A stretch of 20,000 nt of DNA from an uncultured virus (IMG/VR IMGVR_UViG_3300027127_000005) (lineage: Duplodnaviria > Heunggongvirae > Uroviricota > Caudoviricetes). Under the pieces are notes generated by a model. That model was not told the DNA's origin. It was given only the letters and a program-made list of their open reading frames with translations, and did no database searches. Numbering within the stretch: the stretch's first letter is position 1; every line of letters starts with the position of its first letter. A program made the position numbers and the translations under genes. Below, piece after piece: positions 5,961-14,151 of this stretch. The stretch lies in the IMG/VR virus record IMGVR_UViG_3300027127_000005, positions 51,416-71,415 of that record; one strand, written 5' to 3'.

Positions 5961-6368
5961 TTATTTATTCAAAAACCCTCTCATACCAGTAGTAGCAACG
6001 AAACTCTCAAGACCTTTGTTAATCGGACGAACTTTGATGTAAATTTCATCAGGAACTTCACCAAAGTATCCTTGCAACCAAGGGCACAACCAAACAGGAA
6101 GACACATAGTCGTATCAGTATAAGTTGTACCTTCTTCATCGGATACTTCTTTCACAAGAAGAGTATCATAATCATCAGGTTCTTCAAGAAAGAGAGAAAT
6201 CTCAACTTCATCACCTTCAATTGGATACTTCCCAGTCTTGAAGAAGCAATGTTCGTCAATTGCTTCTTCAGTTCCATTCATCAGAAGTTCTTCAACTGTA
6301 TCATTATGAGAATGATTGAAGTGGTAAAGATTGTCGTCTAGTTTGATTGCTACAACTGTAAGTTCCAT
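5961..6368 (-). CDS. Hypothetical acidic protein (resembles DUF6717-type proteins)
   Basis: Motif WLCPWLQGYFGEVPDEIYI. Start re-called to ATG 6368, downstream of the promoter. Confidence 0.75.
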   Translation of the reverse strand: MELTVVAIKLDDNLYHFNHSHNDTVEELLMNGTEEAIDEHCFFKTGKYPIEGDEVEISLFLEEPDDYDTLLVKEVSDEEGTTYTDTTMCLPVWLCPWLQGYFGEVPDEIYIKVRPINKGLESFVATTGMRGFLNK

Positions 6369-6388
6369 AAGAGTCTTGTGTTTCAAGT

Positions 6389-6446
6389 AGTATAGCACAA
6401 AAAAAGGTGCCTCGGGGACACCTTGGGACAGTTTGGGAAGTGGTCC
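6389..6446 (-). promoter_or_regulatory. Putative early promoter with upstream palindrome (copy 3)
   Basis: GGACCACTTCCCAAACTGTCC, 31 nt upstream of the TATACT -10 box (extended, TGC-TATACT). Confidence 0.65.
6399..6424 (-). terminator. Rho-independent terminator after the late gene cluster
   Basis: AAGGTGTC-CCCGA-GGCACCTT followed by a T run on the minus strand. Confidence 0.8.
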
Positions 6447-7136
6447 TCACCCGTGCTCTCCCATTGCTTTTTGCTTACGAAGTTTCTTTGGATTTTTGGT
6501 TATTCCACCTTCTCCTTTTGAAGTTGAAATTCTTCTTTCTTCGGGGTCTTGGTCTTTGCCATAAGTATAAAAATCGCTAGACCTTCTCAGTCTTCTTGTT
6601 TTTGGGTCTAATCCCTGTCTTACATTAAACCTAGATGGAGGAGTTGCTGTTTTTTCATCAAGAACTTCCTCTAGAACAATACTCTCTCTCCAATCTTCAC
6701 TCATATTCACCATAATGACTTCTGCTTGTTCTTGAGTATCAGCATAACCTTCATCAAGAAGATGTGAGAGGATGATGTCGTAATAATCATAACTATCCCG
6801 AATACCTTGCCCGTCACTTCTCATTAACCTATTCCCAAATGCTTTTTTCTTTTTCTCACCCTTTTCTTTGTTTGCTGCTGCCTTTGCCTGCGATTTTTCT
6901 GGATTGTGAAACGCACTAACAGCAAATTGATTGCTTGCTCTATTTTGCAATTTTTCACCTTCGGGAGTATTGCTGGGAAGTGTTCCAGCATACATATTTC
7001 CACGAGTAGCAGTTTTTTTTGATTTATTTAATAATTGATGTCCCCTGTTTCTTGCTTTATCTCCAAGGTCTTTATAACTTTCATCATAAACCTGATTATA
7101 AGCTTCTTGAAGGGCACGAAGGTCTTGTGAGTCCAT
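6447..7136 (-). CDS. Late hypothetical protein with the repeated 'SHLLDEGYAD...MSEDWRESI' module
   Basis: 229 aa, with basic segments flanking the module and a late-promoter-like CATAAATA at 7157-7164. Confidence 0.8.
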   Translation of the reverse strand: MDSQDLRALQEAYNQVYDESYKDLGDKARNRGHQLLNKSKKTATRGNMYAGTLPSNTPEGEKLQNRASNQFAVSAFHNPEKSQAKAAANKEKGEKKKKAFGNRLMRSDGQGIRDSYDYYDIILSHLLDEGYADTQEQAEVIMVNMSEDWRESIVLEEVLDEKTATPPSRFNVRQGLDPKTRRLRRSSDFYTYGKDQDPEERRISTSKGEGGITKNPKKLRKQKAMGEHG

Positions 7137-7171
7137 TTTTACAAATACTTTTTAGTTATTTATGTATATTA

Positions 7172-8020
7172 TCAGTCTGCCTTTCCGACCATCAATCCAG
7201 TTTTTGCGGACCTCTCAGTGCTTCTTTTGCCGAATGCTTTCTTATAAAGTTTTGCTCTCTTTTCTGCACCAGTTTTCTTATCTTCACCAGACATCACAGC
7301 AGTTGGTTTTCCAATCACAGTATCACCTTTCTGTGCTCCTGCTCTCTTTAAATGTTTTGGAGTATCTTTAAGTGCTTGAATAAAGTTTCTTCCTCTTTCC
7401 ATTTGTTGATGTTTATCACCTTTTCCAACTTCACTATCTCGGTGCATAATATCTACGGTATGAACTTTACCTGTCTTATTTGCACCTGTCTTTGTCATTT
7501 GCTTTTTCAAGTCTTTCACTCTTCTTACACTTTCACTTGAAGGTGCAGTCTTGAGTTTAGTCATTCCAGTTGCAGTTCTTCCTGCTGGTTTGAACTTCTT
7601 AATTAGTTGTTCTCCCTTTGCTGCTTTTCTTGCCGATGAATGAGTTCTGATGTAATGGTCTTGTTCTGTGCTGCCAATATCATCTTCAGTCCATTCACTA
7701 TCATAAGTTGTATAATCTTTTGCTTTGGTTCTCAAATCTTTAGTGGAATACTTACCAGTTCCTTTGAGTCCTGCTTTCTTTGCAACTGATGCTGTAGTTC
7801 TCTCTTGCCTATCCATATCAGCACCACGACCACGGGCAAGAGTTACTTTACCTCTGGTTCTTTTACCACTTCTTTCACCACCAGAACTTTCTTCAAGTTC
7901 TTCAATATCTTCTTTCACACAACGATTATAAGTCTTTCCAAAGAGTTTTTGAGTGCCTTTCTTTTTATATCCAGGCCAGCACTTCTTTGCTTCTGAAATA
8001 AATTCTTGATAAGTCTTCAC
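7172..8020 (-). CDS. Basic protein with a T4-like capsid-targeting sequence; putative internal head protein
   Basis: N-terminus MKTYQEFISEA versus the T4 internal-protein CTS MKTYQEFIAE. Very K/R-rich. Confidence 0.8.
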   Translation of the reverse strand: MKTYQEFISEAKKCWPGYKKKGTQKLFGKTYNRCVKEDIEELEESSGGERSGKRTRGKVTLARGRGADMDRQERTTASVAKKAGLKGTGKYSTKDLRTKAKDYTTYDSEWTEDDIGSTEQDHYIRTHSSARKAAKGEQLIKKFKPAGRTATGMTKLKTAPSSESVRRVKDLKKQMTKTGANKTGKVHTVDIMHRDSEVGKGDKHQQMERGRNFIQALKDTPKHLKRAGAQKGDTVIGKPTAVMSGEDKKTGAEKRAKLYKKAFGKRSTERSAKTGLMVGKAD

Positions 8021-8472
8021 TTTGAACCCCAGATAGAATATCTACCACCATACTTACCTCTCCAAGAATTTTCTGCATTACGTTTTGCTTGAACTCTATC
8101 AGTTGCAGTTGTTCCTGGTTTTGGTGCAGTCTTTGCTCCTCTTGCCTTCTTCACTCCTCTTCCAGAACCACCTTCACCGTGCTCGTGTGGTTTGAATCCC
8201 ATTGTAGGTCCTCCGTGGGTTCCACCTGCTTGAATTGCGGGAGCACCACCTACTTTACCTTGCCTGTATCTTCCAAGGTCAGCAACAGGATTGATTTGCT
8301 TTTTCTCAATAGTTCTTGTTTCCCACTTTTTACCACTACCTTCTGGTGCTTTTTGCACAGTTTTTTGTGTCTTAGTTACATAAAGAGGAGTCTTCTTCTT
8401 TCCCTTTACTTTATCCTCTTTACGCATCTCAACGAGGTATGCTTCTTCTAGGAACTCTCTGAAAGTTTTCAT
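8017..8472 (-). CDS. Basic protein with CTS-like N-terminus; putative internal head protein
   Basis: MKTFREFLEEA start, K/G/R-rich, ATAAATA late-promoter-like element upstream, 4-nt overlap with the next gene. Confidence 0.8.
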   Translation of the reverse strand: MKTFREFLEEAYLVEMRKEDKVKGKKKTPLYVTKTQKTVQKAPEGSGKKWETRTIEKKQINPVADLGRYRQGKVGGAPAIQAGGTHGGPTMGFKPHEHGEGGSGRGVKKARGAKTAPKPGTTATDRVQAKRNAENSWRGKYGGRYSIWGSK

Positions 8473-8511
8473 TTTTTTAACTTTTATTTTTATTTATCTT
8501 GTTTTTTTTTA

Positions 8512-9348
8512 CTAATCTTCTCCTCTTCTAGTCTTTCTTCTTGCTTTATTCACAAGAGTAGTGAAAGCTCTCATGGGACTAATAACATTATCAATATCTT
8601 TTAGTTTACTGCGATTAGTTCTTTCAAATGCGTGAAACTTGCTGTGATGAAATCCTGGTTTTTGTGGTTTAAACTTTGAGACTGTACCTTTATCAGCAAC
8701 AACTAGATTTCTTGGGTCATTGCCATGATACTTTTTTTCTTTTGCTTGCTTTTTCTTATGTCTCAATACATCACCAGGAGACATATCTTTCATTTCTTTA
8801 CCAGAGGTTTCTATTTCAGTTGCATGATGAACTTCTCCACCACGTTTTCTTGCCAATCTATGCTTATATTCAACCTTTGCTCTCTCTTTTGGTGTTAGTT
8901 GCCCTGTTGCCTTTTTAGTTCTTTCTTCACGGTCTTGTTTGTGCTTTTCTCTAGCTTGAACTGAAGCAATGCCATACTTAGGATTTTCTTTTGTTCCTCT
9001 ATTTTTAATGAAAGTTCCATCTGGCAATTTCCCTCCATGATGTCTCATTAACTCATCTTTAGTTGAGAAATGTATTCCTTCCCTAATTATTATTGATTCT
9101 TCCACAAACTCTTTGAAAGTCTTTTTCTTACGATTACGTGCTGGTTCAGATACTCTTGCACTATCTAAATTTCTATTTGCTTCTTTTCTTTTTCTCATTA
9201 GTTCTCCCATCAAAGGAAGACTGGGTGCAGCATCGTGCCCAGATCTTACTAATGATTGAGGAGATTGTGCAGCATTTGCAGCAAATGATAATGCCAAAAC
9301 TGCATTTGCTGCAACATCTCTTTTTCTACCTTCAGAAAGCATTTGCAT
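8512..9348 (-). CDS. Basic late protein with internal CTS-like motif and C-terminal HNH-like motif
   Basis: Start re-called to ATG 9348, after GATAAATA at about 9366-9373. Contains KTFKEFVEE and EVHH...GNDPRNL...HHSKFH. Confidence 0.75.
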   Translation of the reverse strand: MQMLSEGRKRDVAANAVLALSFAANAAQSPQSLVRSGHDAAPSLPLMGELMRKRKEANRNLDSARVSEPARNRKKKTFKEFVEESIIIREGIHFSTKDELMRHHGGKLPDGTFIKNRGTKENPKYGIASVQAREKHKQDREERTKKATGQLTPKERAKVEYKHRLARKRGGEVHHATEIETSGKEMKDMSPGDVLRHKKKQAKEKKYHGNDPRNLVVADKGTVSKFKPQKPGFHHSKFHAFERTNRSKLKDIDNVISPMRAFTTLVNKARRKTRRGED

Positions 9349-9364
9349 ACAAAAATACCTTTGA

Positions 9365-9520
9365 TTATTTATCAAAGGCAGGAGAATCAACATAAGAAAG
9401 AGACTTAACAAAAAGTTCAGTAAATCGTTCTTGTTTTTCTGGATGTACGTATGCTGGATTTTGCGAGATTGCCTTACGCAAAACATCCATTTCTTCAAAT
9501 TCTTCTTTACTTAAACTCAT
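9365..9520 (-). CDS. 51-aa hypothetical protein (not in ORF track)
   Basis: MSLSKEEFEEMDVLRKAISQNPAYVHPEKQERFTELFVKSLSYVDSPAFDK*, with AAGGAG RBS. Confidence 0.75.
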   Translation of the reverse strand: MSLSKEEFEEMDVLRKAISQNPAYVHPEKQERFTELFVKSLSYVDSPAFDK

Positions 9521-9592
9521 TAAATGCTCCTTATTTTTGTGTTAGTATTCTAACACATTATCTATCAATATGTAGTTTTCTTAAGAATTTAT

Positions 9593-9952
9593 TTATGTTT
9601 CTGTGAACTTTTGTAAAGTTTCAATATCTTTATCCAATTCGTTTTTTTGTCTTATTTTATCATAATATTCATAGAGGGAATTATGAACATCCATTAAATG
9701 GTCAACCCAGAAACCAGAAGGATAAATTCCAAGTGCATCTTGAAGTCCACGATGAGAAGTTCCTTCCTGTTCTGCCTTACACATAATGTAACAGATTGCC
9801 TGAACCATATCAAGTTTATCTTCTTCAGAAAGCATAAAATACTTTCCTACTGCTCGTTGCTTTGCTTCTTCATTTGCTTTTTGAATTTGTTTACATTCAT
9901 CAGAATCCCACCATTCTTGGAGAGAACGACCAAATTCATTAGGTTTAGTCAT
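9593..9952 (-). CDS. Hypothetical protein
   Basis: 119-aa ORF, coupled to the upstream gene by a TAATG overlap. Confidence 0.75.
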   Translation of the reverse strand: MTKPNEFGRSLQEWWDSDECKQIQKANEEAKQRAVGKYFMLSEEDKLDMVQAICYIMCKAEQEGTSHRGLQDALGIYPSGFWVDHLMDVHNSLYEYYDKIRQKNELDKDIETLQKFTET

Positions 9953-10176
9953 TATTCTCCAAACATAGTCCCAAAGAAACCACTACTTCCTGGTTTACGA
10001 TTTTCCAATTTATCAAGAAGTGCATCAGTGCTTTGGAGAGAATTAATACGATTGATAATATCGGCAATTACACTACAAACCATAGGTCGCTCTTGACGAG
10101 CAGCATATGCAAGAGCATTACGCAATGATGCTTCTGCTTCTTTCAGTGATTCTTCAACAGATTGTGATAATGCCAT
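9952..10176 (-). CDS. Hypothetical protein
   Basis: Start re-called to MALSQS at 10176, with AAGGAG RBS. Confidence 0.75.
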   Translation of the reverse strand: MALSQSVEESLKEAEASLRNALAYAARQERPMVCSVIADIINRINSLQSTDALLDKLENRKPGSSGFFGTMFGE

Positions 10177-10177
10177 T

Positions 10178-10813
10178 TCAATTCTCCTTAATCCAAAATC
10201 CATCAGCAGTCATAGTCCATCCAGCAGCAATTGTCTCATCATAAGTCATTTGTTTTTCAATTTTTTTAAGAAGATAAGAACCATCACCCTGATCCACCCA
10301 TTCAATTTGATCCCCTTCTTCTAGGTTTGCTGCCTCTAGAAGATCGTCAGGGAAAGTAACAAAGTATTCAGCACTAGGACCATCTACTTCAATGGGAAGT
10401 TGCCACTTGGTTACTTTATCCTTCTTTTGATTGGCAATGCCATACTCAAGATCACTGTGCCCCCAAGGACGCATACCATCATCCTTTTCTTCTTCTGGGT
10501 AATAATGCTCTTCCCAGAAGGAAGTCCAAGACTTTTTACATTCTGGTGATGGGTTATCTTTATCACATACAAGATTTTCTTTCTTCTCAAGATATTCATC
10601 ATATGCTGGGATATGTCCTTTACCATTACCATTTAATAATGCAAGGAGTTCATAACAACGAGAAGTCTGATTTTTGTAAGAATAATAGTTTTCTTCAACT
10701 ACTTTACGAATACAGTCATAAATTTCTTGTGGAGATGCTTCTGCAGAGTTTAGAGCATCTTCTACCCAAGTCTCAAGTTTTTCAAGAGAATACTTTTTAT
10801 AGTCAAAGTTCAT
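10178..10813 (-). CDS. Hypothetical protein with C-terminal AbrB/MazE-like DNA-binding domain
   Basis: YFVTFPDDLLEAANLEEGDQIEWVDQGDGSYLLKK fits the swapped-hairpin pattern. Confidence 0.7.
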   Translation of the reverse strand: MNFDYKKYSLEKLETWVEDALNSAEASPQEIYDCIRKVVEENYYSYKNQTSRCYELLALLNGNGKGHIPAYDEYLEKKENLVCDKDNPSPECKKSWTSFWEEHYYPEEEKDDGMRPWGHSDLEYGIANQKKDKVTKWQLPIEVDGPSAEYFVTFPDDLLEAANLEEGDQIEWVDQGDGSYLLKKIEKQMTYDETIAAGWTMTADGFWIKEN

Positions 10814-10961
10814 TAAGATAATCCTTGATTGCTTGCTCCATAATAACCTGAATCTCCTTCTGCGTCAACCCATTCATCCAAGACCATTTTGGGTCTTGTG
10901 GGTCCCAATCCATAGTATAAGACCCATCTTCATTTTGAGTGATTTTTAAAGTATCTTCCAT
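10803..10961 (-). CDS. 52-aa hypothetical protein (not in ORF track)
   Basis: MEDTLKITQNEDGSYTMDWDPQDPKWSWMNGLTQKEIQVIMEQAIKDYLNEL*, fills the gap with TGATG coupling. Confidence 0.75.
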   Translation of the reverse strand: MEDTLKITQNEDGSYTMDWDPQDPKWSWMNGLTQKEIQVIMEQAIKDYLNEL

Positions 10962-11161
10962 CACATATCAATATGAATATCAGATTCCCAAGATTTCTTT
11001 TCAACTTTACGAAGAGTTTTAAGTTCTTTATAAAGGTCTTTAATCTGTTGATATGCTTCCTCTGGTGAAATTTTATCACTAATTTCAAGACCAGCAATTA
11101 GAGCAACCTTATCACCAAATCGGGCAAGTGCTCTTTCGAATTCAGTTAGAGTTTCGTACAT
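10961..11161 (-). CDS. Hypothetical protein
   Basis: 66-aa ORF coupled to petF by a TGATG overlap. Confidence 0.75.
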   Translation of the reverse strand: MYETLTEFERALARFGDKVALIAGLEISDKISPEEAYQQIKDLYKELKTLRKVEKKSWESDIHIDM

Positions 11162-11451
11162 CAGAGATTCTCCTCTTGTTCGGTTTCAATCACACAATCA
11201 CTCAGAGGATATGCAACACAAAGCATAGAGAAACCTTCATTCATTTGGTCATCATCAAGGAAGGATTGTTCGGAATTATCCACTTCACCTTCCACAACTT
11301 TACCAACGCAGGCAGAGCAAGCACCAGCACGACAAGACGAAGGAAGGTCGATGCCTGCGTATTCGGCAGCATCAAGAATGTATTGGTCTTCAGGGCATTG
11401 AATAGTTTGTTCGGTTCCGTCAGCAGAACGGAGAGTTACATTAAAAGTCAT
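11161..11451 (-). CDS. petF: Plant-type [2Fe-2S] ferredoxin (auxiliary metabolic gene)
   Basis: [14 protein letters not shown]...QSFLDDDQ...[20 protein letters not shown]. Confidence 0.97.
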   Translation of the reverse strand: MTFNVTLRSADGTEQTIQCPEDQYILDAAEYAGIDLPSSCRAGACSACVGKVVEGEVDNSEQSFLDDDQMNEGFSMLCVAYPLSDCVIETEQEENL

Positions 11452-11693
11452 TTGTCTAAAGTATAATTGCTTAGATTGTAAGTTATGGGATGAATATTGT
11501 CAATCTTTTCTTGTAGTCTCTTTTCAACTTCATACAAACAGTTAGTGAGTTCTACATTTTCTTCTTCCAATCTTTTGATATCAAGAAGAAGAGCATTATA
11601 CTTTTCTTCCAAATCAATAATTTTATCAAAAAGTGACATATCAGTTGTTGGAATCTGGTAAGGTTTTAAAAAATCATCAATCCATTTAAACAT
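11448..11693 (-). CDS. Hypothetical coiled-coil protein
   Basis: 81-aa ORF with heptad-like Leu/Ile pattern, coupled on both sides. Confidence 0.7.
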   Translation of the reverse strand: MFKWIDDFLKPYQIPTTDMSLFDKIIDLEEKYNALLLDIKRLEEENVELTNCLYEVEKRLQEKIDNIHPITYNLSNYTLDK

Positions 11694-11905
11694 TAGATTA
11701 CTCCTATTTCTTTAAGATATGCTTGATACCTCATAAAACCCCCAAGTCTTACTGGTCTTCCCAAACTATTGCAACATTCAACATAACTATTGAATTCAAA
11801 CCACGGTGTTGTCGGGTCGATTTGGGGGAATTGGCTCTTTTGTATGTAGTTGTTTGATGAATTTAGAAAGTTCTGTAGTTTCGTTCCATTCCCAGATTGT
11901 TCCAT
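11693..11905 (-). CDS. Hypothetical protein (start uncertain)
   Basis: The C-terminal half (DPTTPWFEFNSYVECC...) looks coding. The N-terminal half overlaps ORF 11796-11933. Confidence 0.55.
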   Translation of the reverse strand: MEQSGNGTKLQNFLNSSNNYIQKSQFPQIDPTTPWFEFNSYVECCNSLGRPVRLGGFMRYQAYLKEIGVI

Positions 11906-11933
11906 CTTTTTGCGTATAAGTTCTTTTAGTCAT
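11796..11933 (-). CDS. 45-aa hypothetical protein (not in ORF track)
   Basis: MTKRTYTQKDGTIWEWNETTELSKFIKQLHTKEPIPPNRPDNTVV*, ATGA-coupled to the upstream gene. Confidence 0.6.
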   Translation of the reverse strand: MTKRTYTQKDGTIWEWNETTELSKFIKQLHTKEPIPPNRPDNTVV

Positions 11934-12139
11934 ATTTTTTCAAAACACACACTATTAAAATTACCACAAACTCCCCTTAAAGTCAATTTTGTATGATAAG
12001 AATGAACGTTTACTGTTTCTACACAATACACAAAATTTTCAAATAAGGTGTTTCTTGGGTCATCATTGGAACCCCAATTAATTTGTGCTTGGGTACAACC
12101 AATGTAAATTACTTTATCCCCGTGTTTAAAGTTTTCCAC
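11930..12139 (-). CDS. Hypothetical protein
   Basis: 69-aa ORF with GGAGAGGT upstream. Confidence 0.7.
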   Translation of the reverse strand: MENFKHGDKVIYIGCTQAQINWGSNDDPRNTLFENFVYCVETVNVHSYHTKLTLRGVCGNFNSVCFEKI

Positions 12140-12341
12140 CTACCTCTCCTTCATAACGTCTGGATTCAGGGAAACCTTCCTGCCTCCCTTTAAGATAGTA
12201 ACGGGTCGCTGAGATACATTGCTCTTCAGTGAGAGACGTGATAAGTCCATTGTCGTCTTTGTCTGTTGAATACCAGAGTCCATACTTTTTTTCTCGAACA
12301 TAAAATGCATCATCATAAAGTTGTTCCACTCTTAACTCCAT
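12126..12341 (-). CDS. Hypothetical protein
   Basis: Start re-called to MELRVEQ; ends YEGEVGGKL. Confidence 0.7.
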   Translation of the reverse strand: MELRVEQLYDDAFYVREKKYGLWYSTDKDDNGLITSLTEEQCISATRYYLKGRQEGFPESRRYEGEVGGKL

Positions 12342-12519
12342 CGACTTGAATATAAATTGTAGTAGTATCGTTCCAATGCCTAATCGCATTGGCACATATG
12401 AATATGTTAGTAATAAAATAAGTTGCAAATAGAATTGTTCTAATAATTGCAACTTTATCTGCTTCCTTATTATTTTTTCCTACTTTTTCTCCCAGTGCCT
12501 TGCACCATAGTCTCCACAT
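12313..12519 (-). CDS. Small hypothetical membrane protein
   Basis: Start re-called to MWRLWCKALGEK; one hydrophobic segment VAIIRTILFATYFITNIFICANAI. Confidence 0.7.
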   Translation of the reverse strand: MWRLWCKALGEKVGKNNKEADKVAIIRTILFATYFITNIFICANAIRHWNDTTTIYIQVDGVKSGTTL

Positions 12520-12709
12520 CTGTTCCAGGTTTAATGAATAGTTGATAATCTGTTTTTTTGAACTTGGATTTAACAATATACTTTTCGGCATAATGCATAC
12601 TTTGAAAGTAACACTTTTTAGTGTCCTTCAATTCCTTTCCATCTTTATGTATAACAAGAATAGGAAATTGTGCGTGAGGGAACTCAATCGTTTCTGGTTT
12701 CTTTTTCAT
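12470..12709 (-). CDS. Hypothetical basic protein
   Basis: 79-aa ORF, ATGA-coupled to the upstream gene. Confidence 0.7.
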   Translation of the reverse strand: MKKKPETIEFPHAQFPILVIHKDGKELKDTKKCYFQSMHYAEKYIVKSKFKKTDYQLFIKPGTDVETMVQGTGRKSRKK

Positions 12710-12813
12710 TTGGTTTCATCTTCTTCGGTTGTTTCTTCTTCTTGTTCGTTTGCTGCTTCTCGTTGTGCTGCTATTTCTAACATTTCCTCATGAGTCAAGT
12801 ACTTTTCAGTCAT
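12706..12813 (-). CDS. 35-aa acidic hypothetical protein
   Basis: Start re-called to MTEKY with AGGAG RBS, downstream of the promoter at 12838. Confidence 0.6.
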   Translation of the reverse strand: MTEKYLTHEEMLEIAAQREAANEQEEETTEEDETK

Positions 12814-12837
12814 AGGTGCTCCTGGTATTCTCTCCAT

Positions 12838-12893
12838 ATTATAACACCCCCTCCCAAGAAGGGAAGGGGTGAGTGACACTTTATTGCGTGTCT
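12838..12893 (-). promoter_or_regulatory. Putative early promoter with upstream palindrome (copy 4)
   Basis: AGACACGCAATAAAGTGTCA, 30 nt upstream of the TATAAT -10 box (extended, TGT-TATAAT). Confidence 0.65.
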
Positions 12894-13102
12894 GCTTCAT
12901 AATATGCCGAAATTACTTTGTCGTCCCAAGCAGTTGGTAAATTGCGTTCTCTTGATTTCATATGATTTAATCCAGAAACTGGAAGACCCTCCAAGTCTTC
13001 TTCGTGTAAAATTCCATCCAACTGTTTAATTTCATTAAACGTATGAGGAAAACGAAGTGCGTAACGATGCATTCCGTCGAGATTACGATTTGTGCGAGAC
13101 AT
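12881..13102 (-). CDS. Hypothetical protein
   Basis: Start re-called to MSRTNR; motifs LRFPHTFNE and LPTAWDD. Confidence 0.7.
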   Translation of the reverse strand: MSRTNRNLDGMHRYALRFPHTFNEIKQLDGILHEEDLEGLPVSGLNHMKSRERNLPTAWDDKVISAYYEADTQ

Positions 13103-13134
13103 AATGTTTGTGAATAAACACAATACTAATTATA

Positions 13135-13377
13135 TCACTTTTTTTCCTTTTCTGCAAACTCTTTCATAAGTTCCTCTGCCAGTTTCATTGATTTCCTATA
13201 CATAAACCATTTTACTATTGGATTGCGTGGATTGTGAAGCACCCACCACTTTGTTTTTTCGTATTGAAACTTTACAATTTTAGATACTAACACAACAGCA
13301 TAAGCAACACTATTATCTGTTGCAATCAAATATGCAACAAACACAAAAATACAAAACCAAAAATAATAGGAAGTCAT
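13135..13377 (-). CDS. Hypothetical membrane protein
   Basis: 80 aa with hydrophobic N-terminus. Confidence 0.7.
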   Translation of the reverse strand: MTSYYFWFCIFVFVAYLIATDNSVAYAVVLVSKIVKFQYEKTKWWVLHNPRNPIVKWFMYRKSMKLAEELMKEFAEKEKK

Positions 13378-13535
13378 TTCTTTAATGAATAAAGATACTC
13401 TATAAGATTTATCTTCAATTCTTCCAATTCATATTCACAACCAAGTTTTTTTGCTGTTGTGCGAACTTCAACATTTTTTGTATGAAGGTCCTCAAGCATT
13501 AAATCAATTGCTTGGTTTTTTGATTGGTTTGGCAT
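13374..13535 (-). CDS. 53-aa hypothetical protein (not in ORF track)
   Basis: MPNQSKNQAIDLMLEDLHTKNVEVRTTAKKLGCEYELEELKINLIEYLYSLKK*, ATGA overlap with the next gene. Confidence 0.65.
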   Translation of the reverse strand: MPNQSKNQAIDLMLEDLHTKNVEVRTTAKKLGCEYELEELKINLIEYLYSLKK

Positions 13536-13710
13536 TTTTGTTTTCTTTTATAATGACTGGGCAAGATGGAACAATTTTTTTTATTTCTTCAATAATTTCT
13601 ACTTTTTGTTGATTATTTAAACCAACTACCTGTATTACATTATTAACCAATTGAATTGCTTGCGAACAAGATATAATGGTTGTTGAAAGCACCAGAGCAA
13701 CCATATCCAT
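13504..13710 (-). CDS. Hypothetical protein
   Basis: 68-aa ORF with AGGAG RBS. Confidence 0.7.
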   Translation of the reverse strand: MDMVALVLSTTIISCSQAIQLVNNVIQVVGLNNQQKVEIIEEIKKIVPSCPVIIKENKNAKPIKKPSN

Positions 13711-13730
13711 ACTCCTAATTCTATAGGTAT

Positions 13731-13994
13731 TTAATCTACAAATCCAAAACTACAATCACTAGTGTCTACTATTTTCCAATCCAAATCAAGTCCATCAAGA
13801 TAATCAATTAGTTCCTCTTCATTCTCAGGAAGAATCTCATCTTCATCAAATATAAAAGATGATTCACAAAGAGCAGGACCATATTCTGGTGGATCATAAA
13901 GAGTGGATGGATAAACCTGAACCATATCTTCTAAAACAGCACGAACATAAACAGAATTTTTGTTCTGTTGAAAAGTTTCAATTAAACTAATCAT
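13731..13994 (-). CDS. Hypothetical acidic protein
   Basis: 87-aa ORF with motif TLYDPPEYGPALC. Confidence 0.75.
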   Translation of the reverse strand: MISLIETFQQNKNSVYVRAVLEDMVQVYPSTLYDPPEYGPALCESSFIFDEDEILPENEEELIDYLDGLDLDWKIVDTSDCSFGFVD

Positions 13995-14151
13995 TTTTTT
14001 TGCGATTTTCTTTTTGAATGAATTTTTTTGCAGTTTCTAATGTATTGTGCATACATATCTGTTCACCATTGTATATGGAAATATATCTATTCCCATACGG
14101 AACTGCTGCCCACATCCTATCAGCACTGATGTATCCGTCAGTATTCATCAT
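13987..14151 (-). CDS. 54-aa hypothetical protein (not in ORF track)
   Basis: MMNTDGYISADRMWAAVPYGNRYISIYNGEQICMHNTLETAKKFIQKENRKKND*. Confidence 0.7.
   Translation of the reverse strand: MMNTDGYISADRMWAAVPYGNRYISIYNGEQICMHNTLETAKKFIQKENRKKND

Noticed and set aside
9349..9498. N-terminal 50 aa of ORF 8512-9498
   Set aside because: Overlaps a better-supported 51-aa gene (9365-9520) with an RBS and lies upstream of the late-promoter-like element.
4082..10632. Nested minus-strand ORFs 4082-4279 and 10411-10632
   Set aside because: Alternate frames fully inside longer genes, with no independent support.
10178..10813. Toxin-antitoxin module suggested by the AbrB/MazE-like domain
   Set aside because: No neighbouring ORF resembles a known toxin, and the domain is fused within a longer protein.
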